Positions 9,743 to 20,014 of a DNA stretch of 64,000 nt are shown one piece after another. Made by a program: the position numbers and the translations under genes. Positions within the stretch are counted from its first letter, which is position 1; every line of letters starts with the position of its first letter. Source of the DNA: Desulfosudaceae bacterium (lineage in GTDB: Bacteria; Desulfobacterota; Desulfobacteria; Desulfobacterales; Desulfosudaceae); the NCBI GenBank assembly GCA_963674745.2, contig CAXXDV010000001.1, positions 1,088,001 to 1,152,000 of the forward strand, in the 5' to 3' direction. The notes beneath the pieces are model-generated. The model saw nothing but the letters and a program-made list of their open reading frames with translations. It did no database searches and was not told the DNA's origin.

Positions 9743-11263
9743 TCAATACCTGTGAAAATGTTCCGCAATATAGTCCGCCGCCCGGGTGGCAAAGGCCATG
9801 ATCGTTACCTGGGGGTTGACCCCCAGTGAAGAGGGGAAGACACTGCCGTCGGTGATAAAAAGGCCTTTGACGTCATGTGTCTCCAGGTTCAGGTCGACCA
9901 CGGAAGTACCGGGTGTATTGCCCATGCGGCAGGTTCCCAGGGGATGAAAGGCCATGAGTTCAAAATGCCACGGTTTAATCCGCATGGTCTTGAACCTGGC
10001 CAGCTGTTCCGCTGTTCTGATCTGCGGCATTTTAAAACAGGCGGTAAAAACCCGGCGGGCACCGGCTGCAAAAAAGATATCAGCCACGTAACCGATGCCT
10101 TTTCTCAATCGCTCGGCGTCCTTCTGGTTCATGGAATACCAGGCCGTATAAGCGGTGCCCGGTAAAAACGGTGGAAAAATCCGGCCCCGGGTGGTATCGC
10201 TGACCATCACCCCGAAAGCCGCCAGGTTATTGTAATGCCTGGCCAGATACTTATGGTCCTGGCCGGTGCCCGGCAGGGCCATGGCCATGACACCCGGCGG
10301 TATGAAGATCCCCTCCAGCATAACCCCTTCATCGGCAAAGTCGTCGATCATACCACCCTGGGAAACCCCGTGATGCCCTTTAACCGCTTCGTCCATCTCT
10401 GCCACCACCCGGCCGCAGGGATGAATGGTCAGGCCCCGTCCAACCTGACCGGAAGTGTTGGCCAGATGCCTCTTCAGCATAAAGGCCGGGGTAATCATGG
10501 TGCCCATGGCCAGGCAAACGATTCGGGCCGTCACCCTGATCGCAAACGTTTCCCTGTTGTTCTCCGGGTTGACGAACCGCCCCCTGACGCCGACCACCCG
10601 ACCGCCTTCGGTTATGATCTTTCTTGCCCGGCAGTTGGCAAAAACCCTTGCCCCGGCCGAAATCGCTTTGGGAATGTAAGCCACATCCGTGGATTGCTTG
10701 GCATTTTTGACACACCCCCACTGGCAGACACCGGCGCCTTCACAGCCCCTGACATTATGTTTCAGCGGCTTTACGGTCAGCCCCAGCTTTTCCGCGCCGC
10801 GTTTGACAACCTGGTAGTTTCCGCCGAGAACATCCTCGGTGAGTTCCACCACGTTGATTTCCTGCTCTACCCGTTCAAAATACGGGGTCAGTTCCTTATA
10901 AGATAAGCCCTTACAGTCAAATTGGGCCTGCCAGGCGTTCACCACTTTTTCCGGCGTTCTGAAACAGGTGGCGGAATTGACGGTTGTTGTACCGCCGACA
11001 CACCGGCCCAGGGTAATTGAAACCGGCGGTAATCCCAGGGCCAGGGTCATGGCCGATTCCCGGTACAGCCTGGCCATCATATCCCCGGCATCCTGGTTAA
11101 AATTTTTAACCGTAAAATGACTACCCTCCTCAAGGGCGACAACCGACAGGCCCTTTTCGGCCAGTTCTTTGGCCACCACCGCACCGCCCGCCCCGGTGCC
11201 AATGACACAGACATCGGCTGATACACTTATGTTTGAGGATATGTCCTTGAATTCCCTTATCAT
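9743..11263 (-). CDS. GMC-family FAD oxidoreductase (long-chain alcohol oxidase-like)
   Basis: VIGTGAGG, GRCVGGTTTVNS, catalytic FHPLGTCRMG, DGSVFPSSLGVNPQVTIMA. Confidence 0.92.
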   Translation of the reverse strand: MIREFKDISSNISVSADVCVIGTGAGGAVVAKELAEKGLSVVALEEGSHFTVKNFNQDAGDMMARLYRESAMTLALGLPPVSITLGRCVGGTTTVNSATCFRTPEKVVNAWQAQFDCKGLSYKELTPYFERVEQEINVVELTEDVLGGNYQVVKRGAEKLGLTVKPLKHNVRGCEGAGVCQWGCVKNAKQSTDVAYIPKAISAGARVFANCRARKIITEGGRVVGVRGRFVNPENNRETFAIRVTARIVCLAMGTMITPAFMLKRHLANTSGQVGRGLTIHPCGRVVAEMDEAVKGHHGVSQGGMIDDFADEGVMLEGIFIPPGVMAMALPGTGQDHKYLARHYNNLAAFGVMVSDTTRGRIFPPFLPGTAYTAWYSMNQKDAERLRKGIGYVADIFFAAGARRVFTACFKMPQIRTAEQLARFKTMRIKPWHFELMAFHPLGTCRMGNTPGTSVVDLNLETHDVKGLFITDGSVFPSSLGVNPQVTIMAFATRAADYIAEHFHRY

Positions 11264-11268
11264 GACCG

Positions 11269-11760
11269 CTACTCTTTAAGACGTTCAAAATGTTCGGCTA
11301 CCGGAAACCGGGGGCGGTAACCGATGGCGTCCTGGACCTCTTTTATGCCGTAAAAAGCCGGAAAAATCAGGACCTTGACAATCATAATGGCCGCCGCACC
11401 CAACACCCCTGCTCTCTCGGCCTTGTCCATCAAAGTTTCCAGCTGACCATCCTTTAAGCGGGTTATGGACACCAGTCGTTTCATTTTATAAACAGGAAGA
11501 CCGTAATCAACTATCCCCAACATGATTTTAAGCCCCGTTCGGGTCAAAAAAGGCATACGAAACAAGGCATAATCCACCCGCGGCAACCATTTATGTGCCA
11601 AATCTCCGGCGCCAGGGGAAAAATAAGGCCCCCCCGGAGGAATAATGCCTCGGCCCATTGCGGCCAATATGGCGGCCTGACGGCGTGACAGTGTCTGGTA
11701 AGTCATGAATTTTATCCCGGGGCGCTTTGGAAGGCCCCGTTGCCGGTCCGGATATTTCAC
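11269..11760 (-). CDS. Hypothetical protein, gluconate-2-dehydrogenase subunit 3-like partner of the GMC enzyme
   Basis: Ends 5 nt before the GMC start; C-terminal FYGIKEVQDAIGY motif; GTG start overlaps upstream stop (alternative ATG 11706). Confidence 0.6.
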   Translation of the reverse strand: MKYPDRQRGLPKRPGIKFMTYQTLSRRQAAILAAMGRGIIPPGGPYFSPGAGDLAHKWLPRVDYALFRMPFLTRTGLKIMLGIVDYGLPVYKMKRLVSITRLKDGQLETLMDKAERAGVLGAAAIMIVKVLIFPAFYGIKEVQDAIGYRPRFPVAEHFERLKE

Positions 11761-12260
11761 CCTCCGGCCGAGTGGTTCTTAAAAATACCGTTAAACCTTA
11801 AACGGAAAGAGAACAGAAATGCCGGTGTTTCCCGGTATGGAAAATATATCACCGATTCTGAAATGGTTTTGTTCGTCGCCAAATCCGTGACGGTGCCATA
11901 ACAGGTAACATGGGTTCGATAAAGATTCCAAGGCCATAGATTGCGTTTTTCACCCACGTAGAGATAGGTCTTACCCGATTCATCATTAAACGTAAGCTTG
12001 TAACGGATTTTCCGTTCGGTAAAATAAAGCAGGTGAAGCGTGCCGCTGCAGGACGCTTTTTTCACCAGGCCGTCTACGGTAATAAACCCCCGGGCTTCGT
12101 TAAACAGAAACTGCCCTGAAAACGGATTTAAAAAGGAAAACAGATTGCGGTTTCCCCAGGTGATATGAAACAGCAATGGACGCTTTTTTTTCCGGTCTTC
12201 CCGGCCATCGGTAAAAAAATGACTGCCCGTCATTATTTCGTCCAACTTAAATCCGATCAT
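11757..12260 (-). CDS. Hypothetical protein, first gene of GMC module
   Basis: 167 aa, SD GGGAGG upstream; MIGFKLDEIMTGSH start; resembles the accessory domain fused to cholesterol-oxidase-like GMC proteins (tentative). Confidence 0.7.
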   Translation of the reverse strand: MIGFKLDEIMTGSHFFTDGREDRKKKRPLLFHITWGNRNLFSFLNPFSGQFLFNEARGFITVDGLVKKASCSGTLHLLYFTERKIRYKLTFNDESGKTYLYVGEKRNLWPWNLYRTHVTCYGTVTDLATNKTISESVIYFPYRETPAFLFSFRLRFNGIFKNHSAGG

Positions 12261-12337
12261 TACGCCTCCCGTTTCTGCGGCCCGTCAATTGGTCTTTATA
12301 TCATCCGGAAGATAAGAATATAAGGATCTGGACACAC

Positions 12338-12412
12338 AGGGGCCAAGGATTCAAGGGGTCGAGGGGTCAAGGGCGTGTTTTGGCCCCTCGACCCCTTGAA
12401 TCCTTGGCCCCT
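12338..12412. repeat. Inverted pair of 8-bp tandem arrays (AGGRKTCR-like), 33-bp arms
   Basis: AGGGGCCA AGGATTCA AGGGGTCG AGGGGTCA A, 9-nt loop, reverse complement with one mismatch. Confidence 0.9.
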
Positions 12413-12581
12413 TCCAGGACCTTTGACTGAACTGAAAATTATACAATCCACAAACTACAACTGATCGGAAGATGAGCCATATTGTTATTTTACATTTTTT
12501 TCATCATTTTGCAACACACCGCCGTTAACAGGAAGGGATATTTATTTGCTTGAACATGAAAATGAGATAAAATTCAAAATT

Positions 12582-13850
12582 ATGGCTTCTCAACCGACAA
12601 AAGTGGAATTACTGGCACCGGCAGGCAGCTTCGAAAAAATGCGGATTGCCGTAGAATATGGCGCTGATGCCGTATACCTGGCCGACCGGCATTTTTCGCT
12701 TAGAAACGCGGCCGACAACTTTACCCTTGATCAAATTGCGCAGGCGGCTTCCTACACCCGGCTGCACGGCGTCCGCCTTTATGTGGCCTGTAACATCTAT
12801 CCCCGGACAGCCGAACAGGATCAAATCGCGCAATACCTTGAAGCGCTCGGCCGGATCGGACCGGACGCCGTTATCATTGCCGATCCCGGCATCCTGATGA
12901 TGACACGGGAGATATTGCCCGAGATGCCGATCCACCTGAGCACCCAGGCCAATACCACCAGCTTAAAAGCCGTCCAGTTCTGGAAAACACAGGGTGTATC
13001 ACGTGTCAATATTGCCCGGGAACTGTCGCTCGATGAAATAAAGGAAATTTCGGACGGCTCTGATATGGAAATTGAGGCGTTTGTTCACGGCGCCGTGTGC
13101 ATGGCTGTCTCCGGGCGATGCCTGTTAAGTATTTTTCTCTCCGGACGGGACAGTAACCGCGGCATGTGCAGCCACCCCTGCCGCTGGCGTTATCAGGTAT
13201 CGGAAGAAAAAAGACCCGGGCAGTATATGCCGGTCGAAGAATCCGAGCGGGGCTCATTCATTTTCAATTCCCGCGACCTGTGCATGATCGAGCATCTGGA
13301 CAAAATGATTGATTCCGGCATTTCCTCTTTAAAAATTGAAGGCCGAATGAAAAGCGTCCACTACCTGGCCGCCACTGTTCATACCTATCGCGAGGCCCTG
13401 AACACCTATTACGCTTCACCACAAACGTTCCGGGTGAAAAACCGCTGGAAAGAGGCCCTGGCATCGGTCACCAGCCGGGGTTATTCCACCAACTTCTACC
13501 TTGGTCCGCCGGGTCCCCAGGCCATCAATTTTTTCGATACCACCCCTGGCCCCGAGCACCTGTTCATCGCTACCGTCCTGGGGCAGAACGAAAACAATCA
13601 TTGCCGAATCCTGGTGAAAAACAAACTGTTTGTAAATGATAAGATAAGCATTCTATCCGCCGGTCAACCGATCAGAAGAGATGTCATCCTGGAGATCTAC
13701 GATGACAACGGCCAGCCATTGGCGTTTGCCCAGCCCAACAGCGTGGTGAATATTAAACTGATGGATGAATGTCATCCCAATGATCTGATCCGGCGTATGG
13801 AAATATCCGACCGGCTGGAAACAGAAAAAAACCATCAACAAGCCACCTGA
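12582..13850 (+). CDS. Peptidase U32-family protein (TrhP/RlhA-like FeS RNA hydroxylase)
   Basis: ELLAPAG, HLSTQAN, HGAVCMAVSGRC...NRGMCSHPCR, SLKIEGRMK; ATG 12582 preferred over TTG 12546. Confidence 0.9.
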   Translation: MASQPTKVELLAPAGSFEKMRIAVEYGADAVYLADRHFSLRNAADNFTLDQIAQAASYTRLHGVRLYVACNIYPRTAEQDQIAQYLEALGRIGPDAVIIADPGILMMTREILPEMPIHLSTQANTTSLKAVQFWKTQGVSRVNIARELSLDEIKEISDGSDMEIEAFVHGAVCMAVSGRCLLSIFLSGRDSNRGMCSHPCRWRYQVSEEKRPGQYMPVEESERGSFIFNSRDLCMIEHLDKMIDSGISSLKIEGRMKSVHYLAATVHTYREALNTYYASPQTFRVKNRWKEALASVTSRGYSTNFYLGPPGPQAINFFDTTPGPEHLFIATVLGQNENNHCRILVKNKLFVNDKISILSAGQPIRRDVILEIYDDNGQPLAFAQPNSVVNIKLMDECHPNDLIRRMEISDRLETEKNHQQAT

Positions 13851-13989
13851 AACCGGCTTTTACCGGAACATGACATTTAAGTTATTGCTTTTTTTTATTT
13901 ATATAATTAAAATCAAGAATTATTTTGTTTTAAATGCGATTTTTTAACTCGGAAAATACCGCAAATTCCAATTTGCCCGGAGAAAAGCG

Positions 13990-16900
13990 ATGATTATCGA
14001 GGATGAAGAGAGTTTGCAGATGTATGTCGAGGAGTCCCTCGAGCATATGTCCAATATTGAAAACAATCTTCTGGCAATAGAAAAAGCAGGCGATAAACCT
14101 GACGAGGAAATCGTCAACGAGGTTTTTCGTGCCGCGCACTCCATAAAAGGCGGTGCCGGCCTTATGGGCCTGAACAATATCAAGGAACTGGCCCATAAGG
14201 TGGAAAATGTCCTCGGCCTGATCAGAGAAAAAAAGATAAAGCCTGATTCCAAAATTATCAGCATTGTGCTCTCCGCTTTTGACAAACTCAACAACATGAT
14301 CAATCATATCAGGGAAAGCGAAGAAATCGATATCTCAGAAGAAGTCGTGTCCCTGACCGGTCTGACGACCGCCTCACTTCCTGAAGCCAAAAAATCAAGC
14401 GTTGGTCAGTTGCTTCATGTCTTTTTTGAAGAAAACGGCAAACCTGTTTTTACGACCACCCGTTACGACTTCGACGAAGCCGTCAAAGGCGGTCGTGAAC
14501 TGTATATCATCAAATGGGATCTGATCCGTGATATTCAGGACAATGAAAAGTCTCTGATCGATATCATGAAAACCATTTCAGCCAGCGGCAACATCATTGA
14601 TTCCACGGTCGATATTGAAGGCGTCGGGACACTGGAAGATGCCGTGCCGGATCGTGTGCCCTTCATGCTGCTCTACTCAACGCTGATCGGTGAAGACATT
14701 CTGCCCGCCCTGTTCAATGTCAACAAGAAAAACATCCGGCGTGTCACATCCAGGCTGGTGCGTTCGGTCGGCGATATGGATACGCCGGTTGATGAACCCC
14801 TCTTTGCCACAAAATCCGAACCGGCGACACCGGCTCAACCGCAACCACCGGAACCTGAACCGGGCGGACCGCCTGCCAGGTCGTCTATGCCCCCGGTTGA
14901 AACGGAATCGGCCTTTGAAGAAACCGATGTTCAGCCGACGAACCCGATGGAAACAGACTTTTTCGAACCGGACCCGGAAGAAGCGGCCATTACGGATAAC
15001 GACGGCGGTGCAGAGGACAAGTTAAAACCGTTCGTCATCAAATCCTCGCAGATGCAGACGTCATTGCGGGTGGACGTTAAACTTCTTGACAACCTGATGA
15101 CCCTGGCCGGAGAAATGGTGCTCAGCCGGAATCAGCTCCTTCAAAACATTGCGGCCGGTAACGTTAAGTCCATTGCCGCTGCCGGTCAGCGCATCAACAT
15201 GGTCACGTCGGAACTGCAGGACGTCATTATGCGAACCCGGATGCAGTCGATTGGGAACATCTTTAATAAGTTTCCGCGGCTTGTCCGGGACATGTCCCAG
15301 ACCCTCGGCAAAAAGATTGAACTCACCCTGGAGGGAACGGATGTCGAGCTTGATAAAACGATTATTGAGGCCATCAGCGATCCGTTAACGCATTTAATCA
15401 GAAACTCCGTGGATCATGGTATTGAACCCCCGGGAAAAAGAAGCAACCTGGGTAAAAATCCCATCGGCCGGATTCACCTGGCGGCCCTGCATGAAGCCGG
15501 ACAGGTCACCATTGAAATCACTGATGACGGAAACGGTATTGACGCAAACGAGGTCGCAGCGACGGCACTTCGTAAAGGCCTGATATCTGAAAGTCAGGCT
15601 GCCGGCATGACGCAGAAGGAAAAAATGGACATGATTCTCCTGCCCGGATTCTCAACGGCCAGCCGGGTAACGGATGTTTCTGGGCGTGGCGTCGGCATGG
15701 ACGTGGTCAAAACAAATCTGGATAAACTCGGCGGCTCAATGGATATTGAATCCGTCCTTGGAAGCCATACCACAATTACCATCAAACTGCCCTTGACGCT
15801 GGCCATTATTCCCAGCCAGATCATTCTGGTGGGTGAGGAAAAATACGCCATCCCCCAGGTTAACCTTGATGAACTGTTACGGATACCCGCCGATCAGGTT
15901 AAACATCGTATCGAAAAAGTCGGTGACGCTGAAGTTGTTCGACTGCGCGGCAAATTGCTGCCACTGGTTGACCTGGCCCGGGTGCTGGGAGTTGAAAAAA
16001 CATTTTTTGACCCGGTTGAAGGTATACGGAAACTGGAGCGGCGTCAGAACATTGCCGATCGGCGATCCAAGAAAATCTCACATCATGACAATAAACCGAC
16101 AAAAGAAACCGATGACCATTTAACAATGATGGAAACCAGCGGTCAAACCGCCGAGCAGCCGTCGCGGCGACTAAGCGACGACCGGCGATACCGGGCCACC
16201 AGCGCCATCAACATCGCCGTTGTCTCACTGGCGGACATGAAATATGGACTGGTTGTGGACCGCCTGCTTGACTCTGAAGAAATCGTTGTCAAGCCCCTGG
16301 GGAAACACCTTAAACAATGTCAGGAATTTTCAGGCGCCACGATCATGGGGGATGGAAAGGTGTCCCTTATTCTTGATGTGGCCGGAATCGCGGATTCCGC
16401 GGAACTGAACATTGTCGATATTTCGCGCAAGGAAAAGAAAGAGGAAATTGAAAAGCTGGAAGCCCAGAAGATCAAAGACGAAAAAGAAATCGCTTCGCTT
16501 CTGATATTCAGCAATGACGACGGCAAAGAGCGGTTTGCCGTTTCGCTGGGGCTGGTAGAACGCATTGAAAGTATCAAAACCGCGGCCATTGAAGATGTCG
16601 GCGGCAAGCAGGTTATTCAGTATCGTGGCGGTGCGCTGCCGCTCTTTTCAATTGACCAGGTGGCCTCCGTAAAACCGTTACCGAAAGTTGAGGAGATAGA
16701 GGTTATTGTCTTTACCATCGGGGGAAGGGAAATCGGCCTGATGGTGGTTCCGCCTGTGGACGCCGTGGAAGTCCCCATTAACATTGATTCAAAAGCCCTG
16801 AAACAACCCGGAATCATCGGTTCCGCCATTATCAACAGTCGGACCACCTTGATTCTGGATATATTTGAAGCGGTTAAAACCCTCTATCCGGACTGGATGG

Positions 16901-17319
16901 ACACCGTTACCAAAAAACAGATCAAAACCGGCGGCAGCGGAACCCTGCTGTTTGTTGAGGATTCCGACTTCTTCAGGCGCCAGGTCAAAGGGTTCCTGGA
17001 AGACGGTGGTTTCCAGGTGATCGAGGCCAAAAACGGCCAGGAAGGATGGTCTATTCTGACACAGGAGTTCGAGGGCATCGATCTTATTATCACCGACCTT
17101 GAAATGCCGAAGATGAGCGGTTTTGAACTGACCGAAAAAATCAAGAACGATGACCGGTTCAAACATTTTCCGGTCATCGCCCTGACCTCCCTGGCGGGTG
17201 AAGCAGACATCATCAAGGGAAAGCAGGTCGGTATCACGGACTATCAAATCAAGATGGACAGGGGCAAGTTGCTTGAAACGGTTAAACGGCATATCGAAAA
17301 AGACCAACCCTCCCAATAA
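13990..17319 (+). CDS. cheA: Hybrid chemotaxis kinase CheA (Hpt, dimerisation, HATPase, two CheW domains, REC)
   Basis: FRAAHSIKG, HLIRNSVDHG, DVSGRGVGMDVV, C-terminal ITDLEMPKMSG. Confidence 0.95.
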   Translation: MIIEDEESLQMYVEESLEHMSNIENNLLAIEKAGDKPDEEIVNEVFRAAHSIKGGAGLMGLNNIKELAHKVENVLGLIREKKIKPDSKIISIVLSAFDKLNNMINHIRESEEIDISEEVVSLTGLTTASLPEAKKSSVGQLLHVFFEENGKPVFTTTRYDFDEAVKGGRELYIIKWDLIRDIQDNEKSLIDIMKTISASGNIIDSTVDIEGVGTLEDAVPDRVPFMLLYSTLIGEDILPALFNVNKKNIRRVTSRLVRSVGDMDTPVDEPLFATKSEPATPAQPQPPEPEPGGPPARSSMPPVETESAFEETDVQPTNPMETDFFEPDPEEAAITDNDGGAEDKLKPFVIKSSQMQTSLRVDVKLLDNLMTLAGEMVLSRNQLLQNIAAGNVKSIAAAGQRINMVTSELQDVIMRTRMQSIGNIFNKFPRLVRDMSQTLGKKIELTLEGTDVELDKTIIEAISDPLTHLIRNSVDHGIEPPGKRSNLGKNPIGRIHLAALHEAGQVTIEITDDGNGIDANEVAATALRKGLISESQAAGMTQKEKMDMILLPGFSTASRVTDVSGRGVGMDVVKTNLDKLGGSMDIESVLGSHTTITIKLPLTLAIIPSQIILVGEEKYAIPQVNLDELLRIPADQVKHRIEKVGDAEVVRLRGKLLPLVDLARVLGVEKTFFDPVEGIRKLERRQNIADRRSKKISHHDNKPTKETDDHLTMMETSGQTAEQPSRRLSDDRRYRATSAINIAVVSLADMKYGLVVDRLLDSEEIVVKPLGKHLKQCQEFSGATIMGDGKVSLILDVAGIADSAELNIVDISRKEKKEEIEKLEAQKIKDEKEIASLLIFSNDDGKERFAVSLGLVERIESIKTAAIEDVGGKQVIQYRGGALPLFSIDQVASVKPLPKVEEIEVIVFTIGGREIGLMVVPPVDAVEVPINIDSKALKQPGIIGSAIINSRTTLILDIFEAVKTLYPDWMDTVTKKQIKTGGSGTLLFVEDSDFFRRQVKGFLEDGGFQVIEAKNGQEGWSILTQEFEGIDLIITDLEMPKMSGFELTEKIKNDDRFKHFPVIALTSLAGEADIIKGKQVGITDYQIKMDRGKLLETVKRHIEKDQPSQ

Positions 17320-17343
17320 CCTGAAAGCCAGAGGCAGTTGCTT

Positions 17344-17799
17344 ATGCATTCAACCGCAGCCATAAAACAAAAAAGCATGACCGAGCTGGTCACTTTTTAT
17401 ATTGGAAATTCCTTGTGCGGCATAGACATAACCGATATCCAGGAAATTAATAAGCAGACCGCCAACCTGACCTGGGTGCCCAAAGCACCCGACTATGTGG
17501 TTGGTGTCCTGAATCTGAGGGGAATGATCGTAACGATTCTCGATCTGGGAAAAAAGCTTGGGCTTTCGCCCCTGACCCGCAGCAAAAAAAGCAGAAATAT
17601 TGTGGTTCATTTTGAGGAGGAACTGGTCGGTATCATGGTGGATGAGGTCAGCGAGGTGTTGTCCGCCAAGTCTGATGACATAGAGCCCTCGCCCGCCAAT
17701 CTCGGCGGTGTGCAGGGGAAATTTTTTTGTGGCGTGCTAAAAACAGATAAACATCTGATCGGCATCCTTGATATTAAAAAAGCGTTGTCAGACGAATAG
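17344..17799 (+). CDS. cheW: Chemotaxis adaptor CheW
   Basis: VPKAPDYVVGVLNLRGMIVTILDL; start uncertain (17338/17344/17377). Confidence 0.92.
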   Translation: MHSTAAIKQKSMTELVTFYIGNSLCGIDITDIQEINKQTANLTWVPKAPDYVVGVLNLRGMIVTILDLGKKLGLSPLTRSKKSRNIVVHFEEELVGIMVDEVSEVLSAKSDDIEPSPANLGGVQGKFFCGVLKTDKHLIGILDIKKALSDE

Positions 17800-17889
17800 G
17801 CCGTTTATTATTGTTAATATCGATGATAATGTCATAATTCCGTTTTGACCGGAAATATGAAAACATCATTAACTCTTTTTGAAAATACT

Positions 17890-19014
17890 ATGAGCGCTTC
17901 CGAAAAGTTGAAAATACTGGTAGTCGATGACACCATTCTCTATCGCAAAATTGTCAGTGAAATCCTGGCCGAACTTCCGAATGTCGAGATTGTCGGCACC
18001 GCCAGTAACGGTAAAACCGCCATCACCCGCATTGCTTCCTTGAAGCCGGATCTGATCACGCTGGACATTGATATGCCAAGCATGGACGGTATCGAAGTCC
18101 TGGAAGAAATCAACCGGCTGGCCTATGACGTGGGCGTTATCATGCTCAGCTCCCTGACTTACGAAGGAAGTGAAATGACCGTCAGGGCCCTTGAGTTGGG
18201 GGCGTTTGATTTTATTCCCAAGCCCGAACTTGATTCCATGGAAGCCAGCAAACAATACATCAAGCAGCGGTTTGCCCCCATGGTTCGATCCTTTGCCGAT
18301 CGAAGAGAAATCAAAAAGATCCTGTCCGGCCAGTCATCATACAAAGCCAGAAAACCCGTTGAACCCATCATCACTGCCCCCGAGCCCACGCCACCTGCCA
18401 CGGTTGACAGACCGATCAGAGCCGGGAAAAAGACACGCTCTGATATTGTCGTTATCGGCATTTCAACCGGCGGCCCGAAAGCCCTGGCAGCACTGATTCC
18501 CGAAATTCCGGCCGACATCAACATTCCTGTTCTGATTGTTCAGCATATGCCGCCGCTTTTTACCCAGTCTTTGGCAAAAAGCCTCGATTCAAAATCAGCG
18601 GTTAAAGTTAAAGAAGCTCAGGACGGTGAGGCCCTGGCGCCGAACACCATTTTCATCGCTCCCGGCGGAAAACAGATGAAGGTGGAAAAAAACGAAAGCG
18701 GTGCCAAAATGCTGAGAATTTGTGACGATCCGCCTGAAAACAGCTGTAAACCTTCCGTTGATTACCTTTTCCGATCAGTGGCCGAGCATTTTGGAGAAAA
18801 AGCAACCGCTATTATTATGACGGGAATGGGATCAGACGGCAGCCTGGGTATTGAAGCCATGAAGGCCCGCGGGGCCTTTATTGTCGCCCAGGATGAAGCA
18901 AGCTGCACGGTTTTCGGCATGCCTAAAAAGCCGATTGAATCCGGCCTGGTGGATCTCATTTTGCCGCTTGAAAAAATTGCTGCCGAAATCATTAACGCCG
19001 TGAAGCCGCAATAA
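17890..19014 (+). CDS. cheB: Chemotaxis methylesterase CheB with REC domain
   Basis: VVDD REC, IGISTGGP, VQHMP, KPSVD, MTGMGSDG, VFGMP. Confidence 0.95.
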   Translation: MSASEKLKILVVDDTILYRKIVSEILAELPNVEIVGTASNGKTAITRIASLKPDLITLDIDMPSMDGIEVLEEINRLAYDVGVIMLSSLTYEGSEMTVRALELGAFDFIPKPELDSMEASKQYIKQRFAPMVRSFADRREIKKILSGQSSYKARKPVEPIITAPEPTPPATVDRPIRAGKKTRSDIVVIGISTGGPKALAALIPEIPADINIPVLIVQHMPPLFTQSLAKSLDSKSAVKVKEAQDGEALAPNTIFIAPGGKQMKVEKNESGAKMLRICDDPPENSCKPSVDYLFRSVAEHFGEKATAIIMTGMGSDGSLGIEAMKARGAFIVAQDEASCTVFGMPKKPIESGLVDLILPLEKIAAEIINAVKPQ

Positions 19015-19027
19015 TATTCGCGCGCCT

Positions 19028-19885
19028 ATGCCAAAGATCACGTCACTGGAATTCAGCGTCTTTTCTAAATATCTGTTTGAGATATCAGGCATATCGCTTC
19101 AAAAAGGCAAGGAGTATCTGTTTGATACCAGATTGGCGCCCCTGCTGGCGGAATTTAAATGTGTCTCTTTTTCAGAGCTGTATTACAAGGCCAAAAGGGA
19201 TATTGCCCTCGAAGAAAAAATCATCGATGCGCTGACCACGAACGAGACTTATTTTTTCCGGGACACCCATCCTTTTGAACTGCTTCAGCACAAAATCCTG
19301 CCCGACCTGATCGACAAGCGGAGTTCCGGCCCCCTGCCCATGGGAAAGGTACCGATCCGCATCTGGAGTGCGGGATGCTCCAGCGGCCAGGAGGTTTACA
19401 GCATCACGTTCATCCTGGACAACCTGAATCTTAAAGAAAGCGATTACGATATTTATATTCTCGGGACCGACATTTCCAACGCGGCCATTTCAAAGGCAAG
19501 TTATGGCGTTTATTCCAGTTTTGAACTGTCACGAGGCCTGCAACCGGACAACATGGAGTCTTATTTTACCAAAATAAACGACAACACATGGAAAATTAAT
19601 GATAAATATCGCTGGATGGTATCCTTTAAAACCCATAATCTGTTCAACAAAATTCCCACGCTGAAAAAATTTGATATTATATTATGCCGTAATGTGGGCA
19701 TTTACTTTTCTCAAGCTGATCGAAGCCGCCTTTATCAGATTATCCGGTCTCAAATTGCTGACGACGGTTACCTGTTGATTGGTTCAACCGAATCCCTTAC
19801 CCATGACACGGACCTTTTTATCCCCAAAAGATATCTCCGCGCGCAATTTTATCAACCCAACCCCGACATTGACCCGGGTTTGTAA
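19028..19885 (+). CDS. cheR: Chemotaxis methyltransferase CheR
   Basis: TTNETYFFRD, IWSAGCSSGQEVYS, FDIILCRNV. Confidence 0.95.
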   Translation: MPKITSLEFSVFSKYLFEISGISLQKGKEYLFDTRLAPLLAEFKCVSFSELYYKAKRDIALEEKIIDALTTNETYFFRDTHPFELLQHKILPDLIDKRSSGPLPMGKVPIRIWSAGCSSGQEVYSITFILDNLNLKESDYDIYILGTDISNAAISKASYGVYSSFELSRGLQPDNMESYFTKINDNTWKINDKYRWMVSFKTHNLFNKIPTLKKFDIILCRNVGIYFSQADRSRLYQIIRSQIADDGYLLIGSTESLTHDTDLFIPKRYLRAQFYQPNPDIDPGL

Positions 19886-20014
19886 AAGTATTGTAACAGC
19901 TTATTTTCCCCTCGTTTTTTCCTTTTATTGTCATAGAATCGTCTTATATTCGTAACAGAAACAATGAAAACGTTTTAACCGTACGAATGGGAACATAACG
20001 GAAAGGAATGGGAC

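Noticed and set aside
12338..12412. Possible CRISPR repeats (also the other 8-mer arrays)
   Set aside because: Units are contiguous 8-mers with no unique spacers, and no cas genes are present
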